A stretch of 64,000 nucleotides of DNA from Patescibacteria group bacterium (GTDB taxonomy: Bacteria > Patescibacteriota > Patescibacteriia > SBBC01 > CAIJZX01): contig JBBTRH010000005.1 in NCBI GenBank assembly GCA_038065275.1, forward strand, positions 26,466 to 90,465, in the 5' to 3' direction. Under the pieces are notes generated by a model. It saw only the letters and a list, made by a program, of their open reading frames with translations, was not told the origin of the DNA and searched no databases. This document shows, in pieces, positions 57,425-64,000 of this stretch. A program made the translations under genes and the position numbers. How positions within the stretch are numbered: the first letter of the stretch is position 1; every line of letters starts with the position of its first letter.

Positions 57425-57871
57425 ATGGCCAAGCGTCACGGCGGACGGCCGCTTATTCCGACCGCCCTCAAGAAGTTCATCCGCGCCAAGCTGTTGGGTG
57501 CGGACAAGAAGGCCCCCCTGGCCAGGCAAATCAGCGCTTGGCACGCCGAGTTGCGGCGGGATCATCCCGACTTGCTCGGCAAGCGGAAGCCTGGGACCTT
57601 CTCGACTCTGGTCTACAAGATCCGTCAGCAGGACGCCAAATCGAGCGGCGCGAAGAAGTCGCGAGCTCGTAGCCGGCCGCGCTCCCGGCGGAACGCCCAG
57701 GCGGCCAAACCGGCCCGCGAACTCAGCCAGGAACTCGCCCGGAAGCTGGGGTTCCTGCAACAGGTTCGGATCGCCGTCTCCGAGGCGGAGGAGATCGTCA
57801 AGGAGCTCCGCCGCGTCAACCTCGAAGTGGTCTATCGGCACGACGAGGTCCTGCTCAAGCCGCTGAAGTAG
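57425..57871 (+). CDS. basic hypothetical protein (148 aa), third gene of cassette
   Basis: Lys/Arg-rich, followed by terminator. Confidence 0.45.
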   Translation: MAKRHGGRPLIPTALKKFIRAKLLGADKKAPLARQISAWHAELRRDHPDLLGKRKPGTFSTLVYKIRQQDAKSSGAKKSRARSRPRSRRNAQAAKPARELSQELARKLGFLQQVRIAVSEAEEIVKELRRVNLEVVYRHDEVLLKPLK

Positions 57872-57892
57872 GCACCGTACCATACGTTCAAC

Positions 57893-57928
57893 ATCCGGAT
57901 CTTCCAGCCGGGTGTTTTTTTATCAACC
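57893..57928 (+). terminator. intrinsic terminator (7-bp stem incl. G-U, 9-nt loop, then T7)
   Basis: CATCCGG-atcttccag-CCGGGTG TTTTTTT. Confidence 0.6.
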
Positions 57929-57952
57929 CAGCCTCACTTTGGTTGGCTGATG

Positions 57953-58450
57953 CTAGTAGACTAGCCGTTTCACCCACGCCGGTACCTTGGCTCGACGGAC
58001 GGTGTCATACTGGGGCGAGTACGGCTTGAGATCAAGGATCGGCGTGCCGTTGAGGATATCAAGTCCCTCCACCCGAACGACATTCCCGCGCCGGGCGAGA
58101 AGCCGAACGGTTGAGACGGCAATCGGGTTAGGACGTTGCGGGCAGCGACAGGCGAACACCCCGACGAACGGCACATCCGCGCGGTTCTGCGGATGATGCC
58201 GAAGATGACATTCTTTCTCCTGATTCATCCAGTAGACGACCATAACGTGCGAGTAACGCTCAAGACCCTGCAGTCCCTTCGCCAACCGCCGATTGATAAC
58301 CAAATCTGTTTTGCGGGAGCGCCAGCCGGTCAGCGTCGGTTTCTTGACGTTATTCACGGCCGTACCGATCGATTTCAGCGTAAAGCGTCCAGCGGCAGTG
58401 CGGCGACCGAAAAAAGAGCAGTATTCTGTGCGCAAGGTTTTTTTCTTCAT
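57953..58450 (-). CDS. tsaA: TsaA/YaeB-family tRNA methyltransferase-like protein
   Basis: GLDILNGTPILDLKPY C-terminal signature. Confidence 0.7.
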   Translation of the reverse strand: MKKKTLRTEYCSFFGRRTAAGRFTLKSIGTAVNNVKKPTLTGWRSRKTDLVINRRLAKGLQGLERYSHVMVVYWMNQEKECHLRHHPQNRADVPFVGVFACRCPQRPNPIAVSTVRLLARRGNVVRVEGLDILNGTPILDLKPYSPQYDTVRRAKVPAWVKRLVY

Positions 58451-58597
58451 TGCTTTCAGGTGATGATGTCCATAGAGTTAACCAAAATGTTCAAACACGG
58501 TTTCCGGCCCGCCGGTCCGGATCTTGGACTTTAGGGATGACGGCCCGCCGAACGAAGAGTTGCCATATTCCTTATGATAGCATAGTATTGAAACCGG

Positions 58598-58915
58598 TTC
58601 GGGGTATGGCGCAGTTTCCCGCCATGCGGCGGGATAAAGTCCGCGCGCATGAATGACCTCGAGCAACCCTCGCGCGGCTCAGGCGTGCGGGGCAAGGGTG
58701 CAATTTCTTTCCAACCTTCAGCTCGTCGGGTCGGGGTATGGCGCTAAAAATGCGCGTCCCGCCCCACTGTCGGGGATTAGCGCAGTTCCCCGCCATGCGG
58801 CGGGATAAAGTCCGCGCGCATGAATGACCTCAAGCCGGTAATTATATACTGGTTCGGGATAAAATGATGTGGGCGGAGTCGGGGTGTGGCGTAGCTGGTA
58901 GCGCGCTTGCATGGG
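58598..58915 (+). repeat. array of tRNA-Pro 5'-end fragments with two 55-bp direct repeats (58610-58664, 58777-58831)
   Basis: GTCGGGGTATGGCGCAG-like tRNA 5' segments at 58598, 58728, 58768, 58877. Confidence 0.6.
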
Positions 58916-59042
58916 GGTCGAGACGGCCGAAGAGCGAATGAACTGCTTCATTCGCGTGCCGTCGAGACGGGCAGCGCCGTGTTCCAAAGGAACAGGCGAT
59001 GCCCCGGAGCATGAGGTCGTTTACATTTTGGCGGCGGCGAGT

Positions 59043-59115
59043 CGGGGTATGGCGCAGTTGGTAGCGCGCTTGCATGGGGTGCAAGAGGTCGTGGGTTCGA
59101 GTCCCGCTACCCCGA
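59043..59115 (+). tRNA. tRNA-Pro (anticodon GGG)
   Basis: 73-nt cloverleaf: acceptor CGGGGUA/UACCCCG, D-arm GCGC-AGUUGGUA-GCGC, anticodon loop AUGGGGU, T-arm GUGGG-UUCGAGU-CCCGC; no encoded CCA; acceptor helix extendable by 9 further flanking bp. Confidence 0.75.
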
Positions 59116-59460
59116 CTCGCCGCCGCATCACATCAATTCGAGTCTCGCTACCCCGACCAAATAAGAAAAGTTAAGTCGAGTACCCGCGAAGGCTCCCGAA
59201 AACTTGACTTTTCTTATTTGGTCGAGTATTCTCAAAAGAGTCCAAACGGGGAGACGCAACGAGTCAGAAACTCCGCCGCCCTCATCAAAACCGCCAACCC
59301 CGCACTATGAATCTTGCGGATTCAAGTACGGGACAAGAGAACCCCCGCACCGCTTCGGGTGCGGGGCAGGCCGGAGAAAAATACCTGCCCCGTCGTTTTA
59401 CGGGGTCGGCTCGAACCACATTTTAAAAACAAATTTATTCATTATGAGCAATCTAAAATT

Positions 59461-60534
59461 ATGAAAAAGGGATTTGCATACGTCCCAGTCCTTGTTGTTA
59501 TATTTTTGGTCATTGCAGCTGGGGTCGTAGGATACTTTGTCGTAACGGCTAACAAAAAATCCACAACCAATGCTAATTCTATAGTTAGGAATGTCGGTAA
59601 TAATGTAAACATAATTTCCAACTCTGGTACCTCCGCCACAAACACGACTCCATCAAGCAATTCGAACAGCAGAACAAAATCTCTACCGATGCCAGTACCT
59701 TTAGCAAAATGGGATACTTCATACAATTCAGGTCTTAAAAATCCCCCCTCAACCCCAGCCGAAGGCCAAGCTTTGTGTGATTCGATAAATGATAATAATA
59801 CCAACACATGGCTTGGACCATTAGTAAATAAGAGTAAGTGTTTTGAAATGATGGTTGGCGGTTTTCACGATCCTAAATTCTGCGAGAAACTTGAATTTTC
59901 AACTGCCCCCGATACTCAACGCAGTCAACCATTTGACATTGGTATGGGCTGCATTGAGGACTACATAAGTCTTTACAAGAATTATGACTGCGCCTACCAT
60001 CAGAAAGTTGAAATTCGTGACCGCTGTTACTATGTTCTAGGCGTGCCAAACATGGTTAGTGATCCGGTTCGAGATTGTTTAAAAATTACTGATACGTTTC
60101 TAAAGAGTAGTTGCGAATCAGTGAACAAAGATTTTGATGCCGCTACTCCGATGCGACAGAATATTCAGGACTCCGTGATGGTTAGCTGTTTGCTTGGGCT
60201 TGAACCAAGTGAAGCTAAATATTTTTCCTCAAGCGGTACCATCTATAATGATTTTGTGAAAGAAGCAAGCAATCAAGGAAATATCGATAACTGTTCACAA
60301 TCAAGTTTCTTTCCTGATTCTGAACGGCAACGCGTGAAAGTACTGGTGGAAACGGACAAAGACCAGGATGGGTTGAATCTCTTTTTAGAAAATGTTTTTG
60401 GCACGGATGATTCGAAAGCTGATTCAGACGGCGACAGTCATCCTGACCTTCAAGAGATTCAAAATGGCTACAATCCTCTTGGTCCTGGTAAGTTAGAGGA
60501 TGCTGAAATTCTAGAAGCCAATACAAATTCCTAA
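59461..60534 (+). CDS. secreted/membrane-anchored cysteine-rich protein with C-terminal Asp-rich calcium-binding-like repeats
   Basis: ORF 59314..60534 trimmed to MKKGFAYVPVLVVIFLVIAAG signal anchor; DSDGDSHPDLQE near C-terminus. Confidence 0.5.
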   Translation: MKKGFAYVPVLVVIFLVIAAGVVGYFVVTANKKSTTNANSIVRNVGNNVNIISNSGTSATNTTPSSNSNSRTKSLPMPVPLAKWDTSYNSGLKNPPSTPAEGQALCDSINDNNTNTWLGPLVNKSKCFEMMVGGFHDPKFCEKLEFSTAPDTQRSQPFDIGMGCIEDYISLYKNYDCAYHQKVEIRDRCYYVLGVPNMVSDPVRDCLKITDTFLKSSCESVNKDFDAATPMRQNIQDSVMVSCLLGLEPSEAKYFSSSGTIYNDFVKEASNQGNIDNCSQSSFFPDSERQRVKVLVETDKDQDGLNLFLENVFGTDDSKADSDGDSHPDLQEIQNGYNPLGPGKLEDAEILEANTNS

Positions 60535-60689
60535 ACTTTCACTTAGAACTATTCCTAGAGAAAGATAGATTTGTAATTTTCAACGATCTAAGCGGAATCG
60601 CCGGCTCGTTGCGGCGCCCCGTTCGAACTTTCTCTAAAATACTCGACTGACGGGTGACCAATGCTCGAGTCCGGTATCCCCGACTCTGG

Positions 60690-60727
60690 TACATGAAGGT
60701 CGTGGGTTTAAGTCCCGCTACCCTGAC
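60690..60727 (+). repeat. degenerate copy of tRNA-Pro 3' end (att-like)
   Basis: GGTCGTGGGTTTAAGTCCCGCTACCCTGACC vs tRNA GGTCGTGGGTTCGAGTCCCGCTACCCCGAC; another copy at 59130-59160. Confidence 0.6.
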
Positions 60728-60952
60728 CAAAAAGATTTGATGATTTTTGTCCCTGGCTCACCGCGTCCTTTACGAATGTAAGCAGGCTTGATTCCCGAGG
60801 CCGAACAAAGGCCTGAGGCCGCTGCTGAACGACTCCGGTACTTCGCGAAGGAGCACTTGAGCGTCCTGAAGCAGTGTATTAGCCGCTGGGTCCGCTAGAT
60901 CCTGACCCCACGGGGTCAAGAGATATCGACCTCCCAAGGACGATGTATAGAA

Positions 60953-61054
60953 CCCCGTTAGAAGTGGAACGGATACTGCCCTCCGGATTCGTTTGAGGTC
61001 ATCCTGAAACTCTTTCTCACAACACATGCATAGTTCTCGCCACTTCTAACGGGG
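60953..61054. mobile_element. MITE-like element copy F (TIR CCCCGTTAGAAGTGG; TSD GAA)
   Basis: 15-bp perfect TIR. Confidence 0.65.
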
Positions 61055-61167
61055 GAACAACGATGAGGCCGGGGACACCGCCAGCGTACTCCGACTATAC
61101 CTCTTTGGCAAGAAAAAATGGCCGGCTCGTTTGAGCTGGCCACGCTGTTCCTTTCGGTGGAGCAATA

Positions 61168-61410
61168 CTACCCCTCCGTCACCTGGCGCCGCGCGCTTGA
61201 GGTCAGGCCGCCGAGCCGGCCGATCCGTGCCATGTGTTCGCGGTCCCGGCTAACGACCTGGCCGCCTTTGCGACCCGCCCGGCGCGCCTCTTCCGAGGTG
61301 TATTGGCGAGTCTTGCCGCTCTGGTGGGCGGCCCGGCCGCCGCGGCGGGCAACATCACGCAACTTCTCGGGGTCCCAGCTGGCGAATCCTCGTCGCGACT
61401 CCGATGTCAC
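61168..61410 (-). CDS. KGG-repeat general stress protein (YciG-like)
   Basis: RGFASWDPEKLRDVARRGG...RKGGQ...RLGG repeats. Confidence 0.65.
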   Translation of the reverse strand: MTSESRRGFASWDPEKLRDVARRGGRAAHQSGKTRQYTSEEARRAGRKGGQVVSRDREHMARIGRLGGLTSSARRQVTEG

Positions 61411-61650
61411 CTGGTCCTCCTTCGTGAAGTGAGAACAAAATGGTTGGTGCGGCCGGCCTACTTAAGCACAGCACCCCGACCATGTCAACCCAGCATCACT
61501 TCGGTTCAAACCAGTGTTAATATACTTCCAGCCATTTAATTATAGGTAAATGGTAATTTCCCATATACCCTCGAGCCAACCAAAGTGGTGCTGGGTCAAG
61601 CGCGCGGCGGGAAAAAAACCGCTTCGCGAGAAGCGGACTGAGGGCGGGAG

Positions 61651-62079
61651 CTAGAGACCATCGATTTTCGCATCTGGAAGCGGCGGCGTTTCGGCATGCG
61701 GCACGGATTGCCCAGGGGGTCGCTTGAACCGGCCCCCGTGGTGTCGATCAATCTCCTCGGTGCGTCGGATCGTCTCGACGGGGAGGTGGGCGGACTGCAG
61801 CTGAACAAGCATCTCGGCCGCCAGCTGTTTGCGCTGTAAAGCGTCGTCCGGAGCGACAATGAGACGGCGGAATCCGTTCGTCACGGGCAGGGTGACGATC
61901 ACCGTTGCCTCACGCTGCCGGCATTCGTAGCTGACGGTCGTGACGGATTGGTCAGCCTCGACCGCCGGACCGATAGTGATGCTGGCGATGCCGTGACAGC
62001 GCTCGACGATGATCTTCACTGCGGCATCGGCCAGGCGCGATGAACCGAGCGGCGCCGAGACATGGACGGCGGAATTCAT
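61651..62079 (-). CDS. hypothetical protein (142 aa)
   Basis: start trimmed to MNSAVHVS with GAGGAGG RBS 6 nt upstream. Confidence 0.45.
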   Translation of the reverse strand: MNSAVHVSAPLGSSRLADAAVKIIVERCHGIASITIGPAVEADQSVTTVSYECRQREATVIVTLPVTNGFRRLIVAPDDALQRKQLAAEMLVQLQSAHLPVETIRRTEEIDRHHGGRFKRPPGQSVPHAETPPLPDAKIDGL

Positions 62080-62160
62080 TGGTGTCCTCCTCGGGTAAGG
62101 AACGGTTGGCGGGTACAGACCCAATGACGCGAGGCTACCAGAGGCCACGGCGGTAGTCAA

Positions 62161-62261
62161 CCCCGTTAAAAGTGAAGGTGGGCGGGATGCCATTTACGCT
62201 CAGTCAACATCATATCCCCGATTGAACTAATGATTACTTCGCGGGATCACTTCTAACGGGG
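62161..62261. mobile_element. MITE-like element copy G (TIR CCCCGTTAAAAGTGA / TCACTTCTAACGGGG)
   Basis: one mismatch in the left TIR. Confidence 0.6.
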
Positions 62262-62310
62262 CTAAGAGGAAAAAAGAAAATCCCGGGCGTGAGCCAAGGA
62301 CTTTCGCTGT

Positions 62311-62520
62311 TTACTTCCCCCCGAGGGGGATCAAGCGCGCAGCGCCCGCAACGACAATACCCAGGCCGAGAACCAAGGGTACGATCGCGAGGGGGCCGAA
62401 CTTACGGCCCGAGAGCGCTGCTAAGACGAGCATGGCACCGGCGACCATCAGACCGTACTGATGCCCGAAGGCGATCAGCGGATCGAGGTACGGCGCCGTC
62501 ACAATGTTGATGTGCAGCAT
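62311..62520 (-). CDS. small membrane protein (69 aa, 2 TM)
   Basis: hydrophobic, G/A-rich. Confidence 0.4.
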   Translation of the reverse strand: MLHINIVTAPYLDPLIAFGHQYGLMVAGAMLVLAALSGRKFGPLAIVPLVLGLGIVVAGAARLIPLGGK

Positions 62521-62617
62521 ATAGGTATAGCCTTGGAACTGGCTAATGAGTATTGAGTTGGGAAGGTGCGAAGGAGCGATTGGGAAGTAAACTTACAACA
62601 ACCAAGAAAAAAGTCAA

Positions 62618-62715
62618 CCCCGTTAGAAGTGGATTGATCTTAACTCCAGCAATAATTAAGAAGAATAGGGGGCTTCCTTGTTTCGGGAAAACATGGTCTG
62701 GCCACTTCTAACGGG
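62618..62715. mobile_element. MITE-like element copy H (TIR CCCCGTTAGAAGTGG; TSD TCAA)
   Basis: TCAA at 62614-17 and 62716-19. Confidence 0.7.
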
Positions 62716-62774
62716 GTCAACCCAGCACCACCCCCCGCCCCCAGCTCTTTCTGGAGCTCCCCCTCCCGAAATGT

Positions 62775-62794
62775 CCTCCTTCGGCTTAAGGAGG
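62775..62794. repeat. anti-SD/SD hairpin CCTCCTT-CGGCTT-AAGGAGG
   Basis: 7-bp stem. Confidence 0.5.
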
Positions 62795-62948
62795 GCAACC
62801 CCGCGCACGGGGAAGAGGAGGTCGGGAGGGGGAAACGGCGTAGCCGAGGGGGTGGGGATGGTGCTGAGTCAAACTAAAAACTCCGCCCTGAGACGATTGT
62901 ATGTTTGTAACAGTGTGTTGCCGAAAAAACGGGAAACGCGTCCGCGCT

Positions 62949-63539
62949 CTAGCCGAACATCACATCCTCATCGGCCCGCTTGTAGTCGTGAATTTCTTTT
63001 GGTTTGAACCACAGATCGGTTTCATAAGTTGCTTCGGCCACGTTGCCGGAGGCGTGTGCCAGATTACGGACAGGCCGCTTTCGGGTTGTCGCTAAGGCTG
63101 GTGAATCGATCGATAAATCACCGCGAATCGTTCCGGGCTGAGCCATGCTTGGTAACGTGTGGCCGACAATCATCCGAACGCTGTCAATGGCATGAATGCC
63201 CTCCAGCACCACCGCTACCACCGGCCCGGACGACAAGAAATCTTTATTCCACTGGTTCGTCATGCGACCGATATCAACGGCGTTGGCAGTCCCAAGAACT
63301 TTTTCTGGTTCAAGACCGTACTTTTCGAACGTTTCGAGCGTCCGCTTCCCAATCGCTTCCATTAAATCCTGTCGTGAATCCGGATAGTGCTTGGCGACAT
63401 GGGCTTGATCAACCCAAACCATCTTCATGGCCACAATTTTCAATCCGGCCTGTTCGAAACGGTGGATGATATTGCCAACCAGCCCGCGCTTGACGCCGTC
63501 GGGCTTGACCAGGACCAGGCTCCGCTCGATCAGCTCCAT
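62949..63539 (-). CDS. ndk: nucleoside diphosphate kinase (with insertions)
   Basis: LVLVKPDGVKRGLVGNIIHRFE, active-site His in NLAHASGN. Confidence 0.75.
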   Translation of the reverse strand: MELIERSLVLVKPDGVKRGLVGNIIHRFEQAGLKIVAMKMVWVDQAHVAKHYPDSRQDLMEAIGKRTLETFEKYGLEPEKVLGTANAVDIGRMTNQWNKDFLSSGPVVAVVLEGIHAIDSVRMIVGHTLPSMAQPGTIRGDLSIDSPALATTRKRPVRNLAHASGNVAEATYETDLWFKPKEIHDYKRADEDVMFG

Positions 63540-63540
63540 C

Positions 63541-63924
63541 TTAGGCCAATTTCAAGACCTGCTTGACTTTCTGCACGACCTCGGCCGGGGTGTGGTTCGC
63601 CTTGACGAAATAATCGGTCGCCCCCAACTGTCTACCCTTCTTAATGTCTTCCTCCTGACCGAGATTGGTCAGTAGGATGATCGGCACATCCTTCAGCGTT
63701 GCTTCGTCCTTGATCATCTTCAGGACGCCGAAGCCGTCGATCTTGGGCATGATGATGTCGAGCAGGACGATGTCGGGCTTGACGGTTTTCACCAACTCGA
63801 AACCGGACGCGCCGTCGTTGGCCTTCTGGGCGTCAAATCCCTCCATCGCAAACTTGGTGGCGTACATATCGGCCAGCATCTTCTCGTCTTCGACGATGAC
63901 GACCTTGGTTTTATTGGTGGGCAT
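63541..63924 (-). CDS. single-domain response regulator (CheY-like receiver)
   Basis: VVIVEDE...D (phospho-acceptor)...LT..G...K pattern, 127 aa. Confidence 0.75.
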   Translation of the reverse strand: MPTNKTKVVIVEDEKMLADMYATKFAMEGFDAQKANDGASGFELVKTVKPDIVLLDIIMPKIDGFGVLKMIKDEATLKDVPIILLTNLGQEEDIKKGRQLGATDYFVKANHTPAEVVQKVKQVLKLA

Positions 63925-64000
63925 AGGACTGTCAGAATAGCAAAGATATCGGGGTTTGGCAATGTCAGGTCGGCGGAGACTTAGTATGCCAATCAGTCGC

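Noticed and set aside
58478-58987. Overlapping minus-strand ORFs with repeated EVIHARGLYPAAWR peptides
   Set aside because: They are products of the 55-bp direct repeats and tRNA-Pro fragments and are not genes.
58878-59115. Possible intron-containing tRNA (5' half at 58878, 3' half in the tRNA at 59043)
   Set aside because: The downstream tRNA is complete with its own 5' half. A pseudo-tRNA fragment followed by an intact tRNA is more parsimonious than a 125-nt anticodon-loop intron.
61118-61539. Plus-strand ORFs 61118..61432 and 61234..61539
   Set aside because: They are antisense to the well-supported KGG-repeat stress protein gene and are spurious GC-rich ORFs.
1-64000. CRISPR arrays and rRNA genes
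   Set aside because: No regularly spaced direct repeats with unique spacers were seen, and no 16S/23S/5S-like segments were seen.

Overview
This 64-kb window comes from a high-GC (~62%), gene-dense bacterial chromosome, and almost all genes are on the minus strand. The r-protein cluster (S10-spc-like block ending in secY-adk-map) lacks L30, several r-proteins carry terminal extensions, and Shine-Dalgarno signals are weak. This looks CPR/Patescibacteria-like, but that is an inference.

The conserved backbone is:
- an mntH/P-type ATPase transporter operon;
- dnaQ-like exonuclease, dnaB, ybaB and recR;
- hicAB;
- rplU, ruvX, map, adk and secY;
- the r-protein block rplO through rpsJ, then tuf, fusA, rpsG and rpsL;
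- an M50 protease, a membrane spermidine-synthase-like protein, rpmB, tgt, a DEAD-box helicase, ndk and a receiver domain.

On top of that backbone I see the following accessory content:
1. An AT-rich (~35-40% GC) island of about 8.4 kb at 5640-14063, abutting tRNA-Lys. It carries AbiEi/AbiEii, a PIN-like gene with a 92-aa partner, a C-M-R type II restriction-modification system, and a large-serine-recombinase cassette bounded by 94-bp inverted repeats. The modules are separated by GC-rich junction repeats.
2. Eight copies of a ~100-170 bp MITE-like element with 14-16 bp terminal inverted repeats (CCCCGTTAGAAGTG) and 3-4 bp target-site duplications. Four copies place their terminus directly against a start codon.
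3. A second family of palindromic spacers that exactly fill stop-to-start gaps in the r-protein operon.
4. Five anti-SD/SD hairpins (CCTCCTT-loop-AAGGAGG).
5. A plus-strand three-gene cassette of an HTH protein, a GHKL-type ATPase and a basic protein (54818-57871) with its own terminator. I rate this the best candidate for an undescribed system.
6. Accessory genes interrupting the rpsL-rpsG-fusA-tuf (str) operon, next to a candidate structured-RNA locus with three stacked terminators.
7. A tRNA-Pro(GGG) integration hotspot with multiple tRNA fragments and a cargo gene.

No rRNA genes or CRISPR arrays are present.
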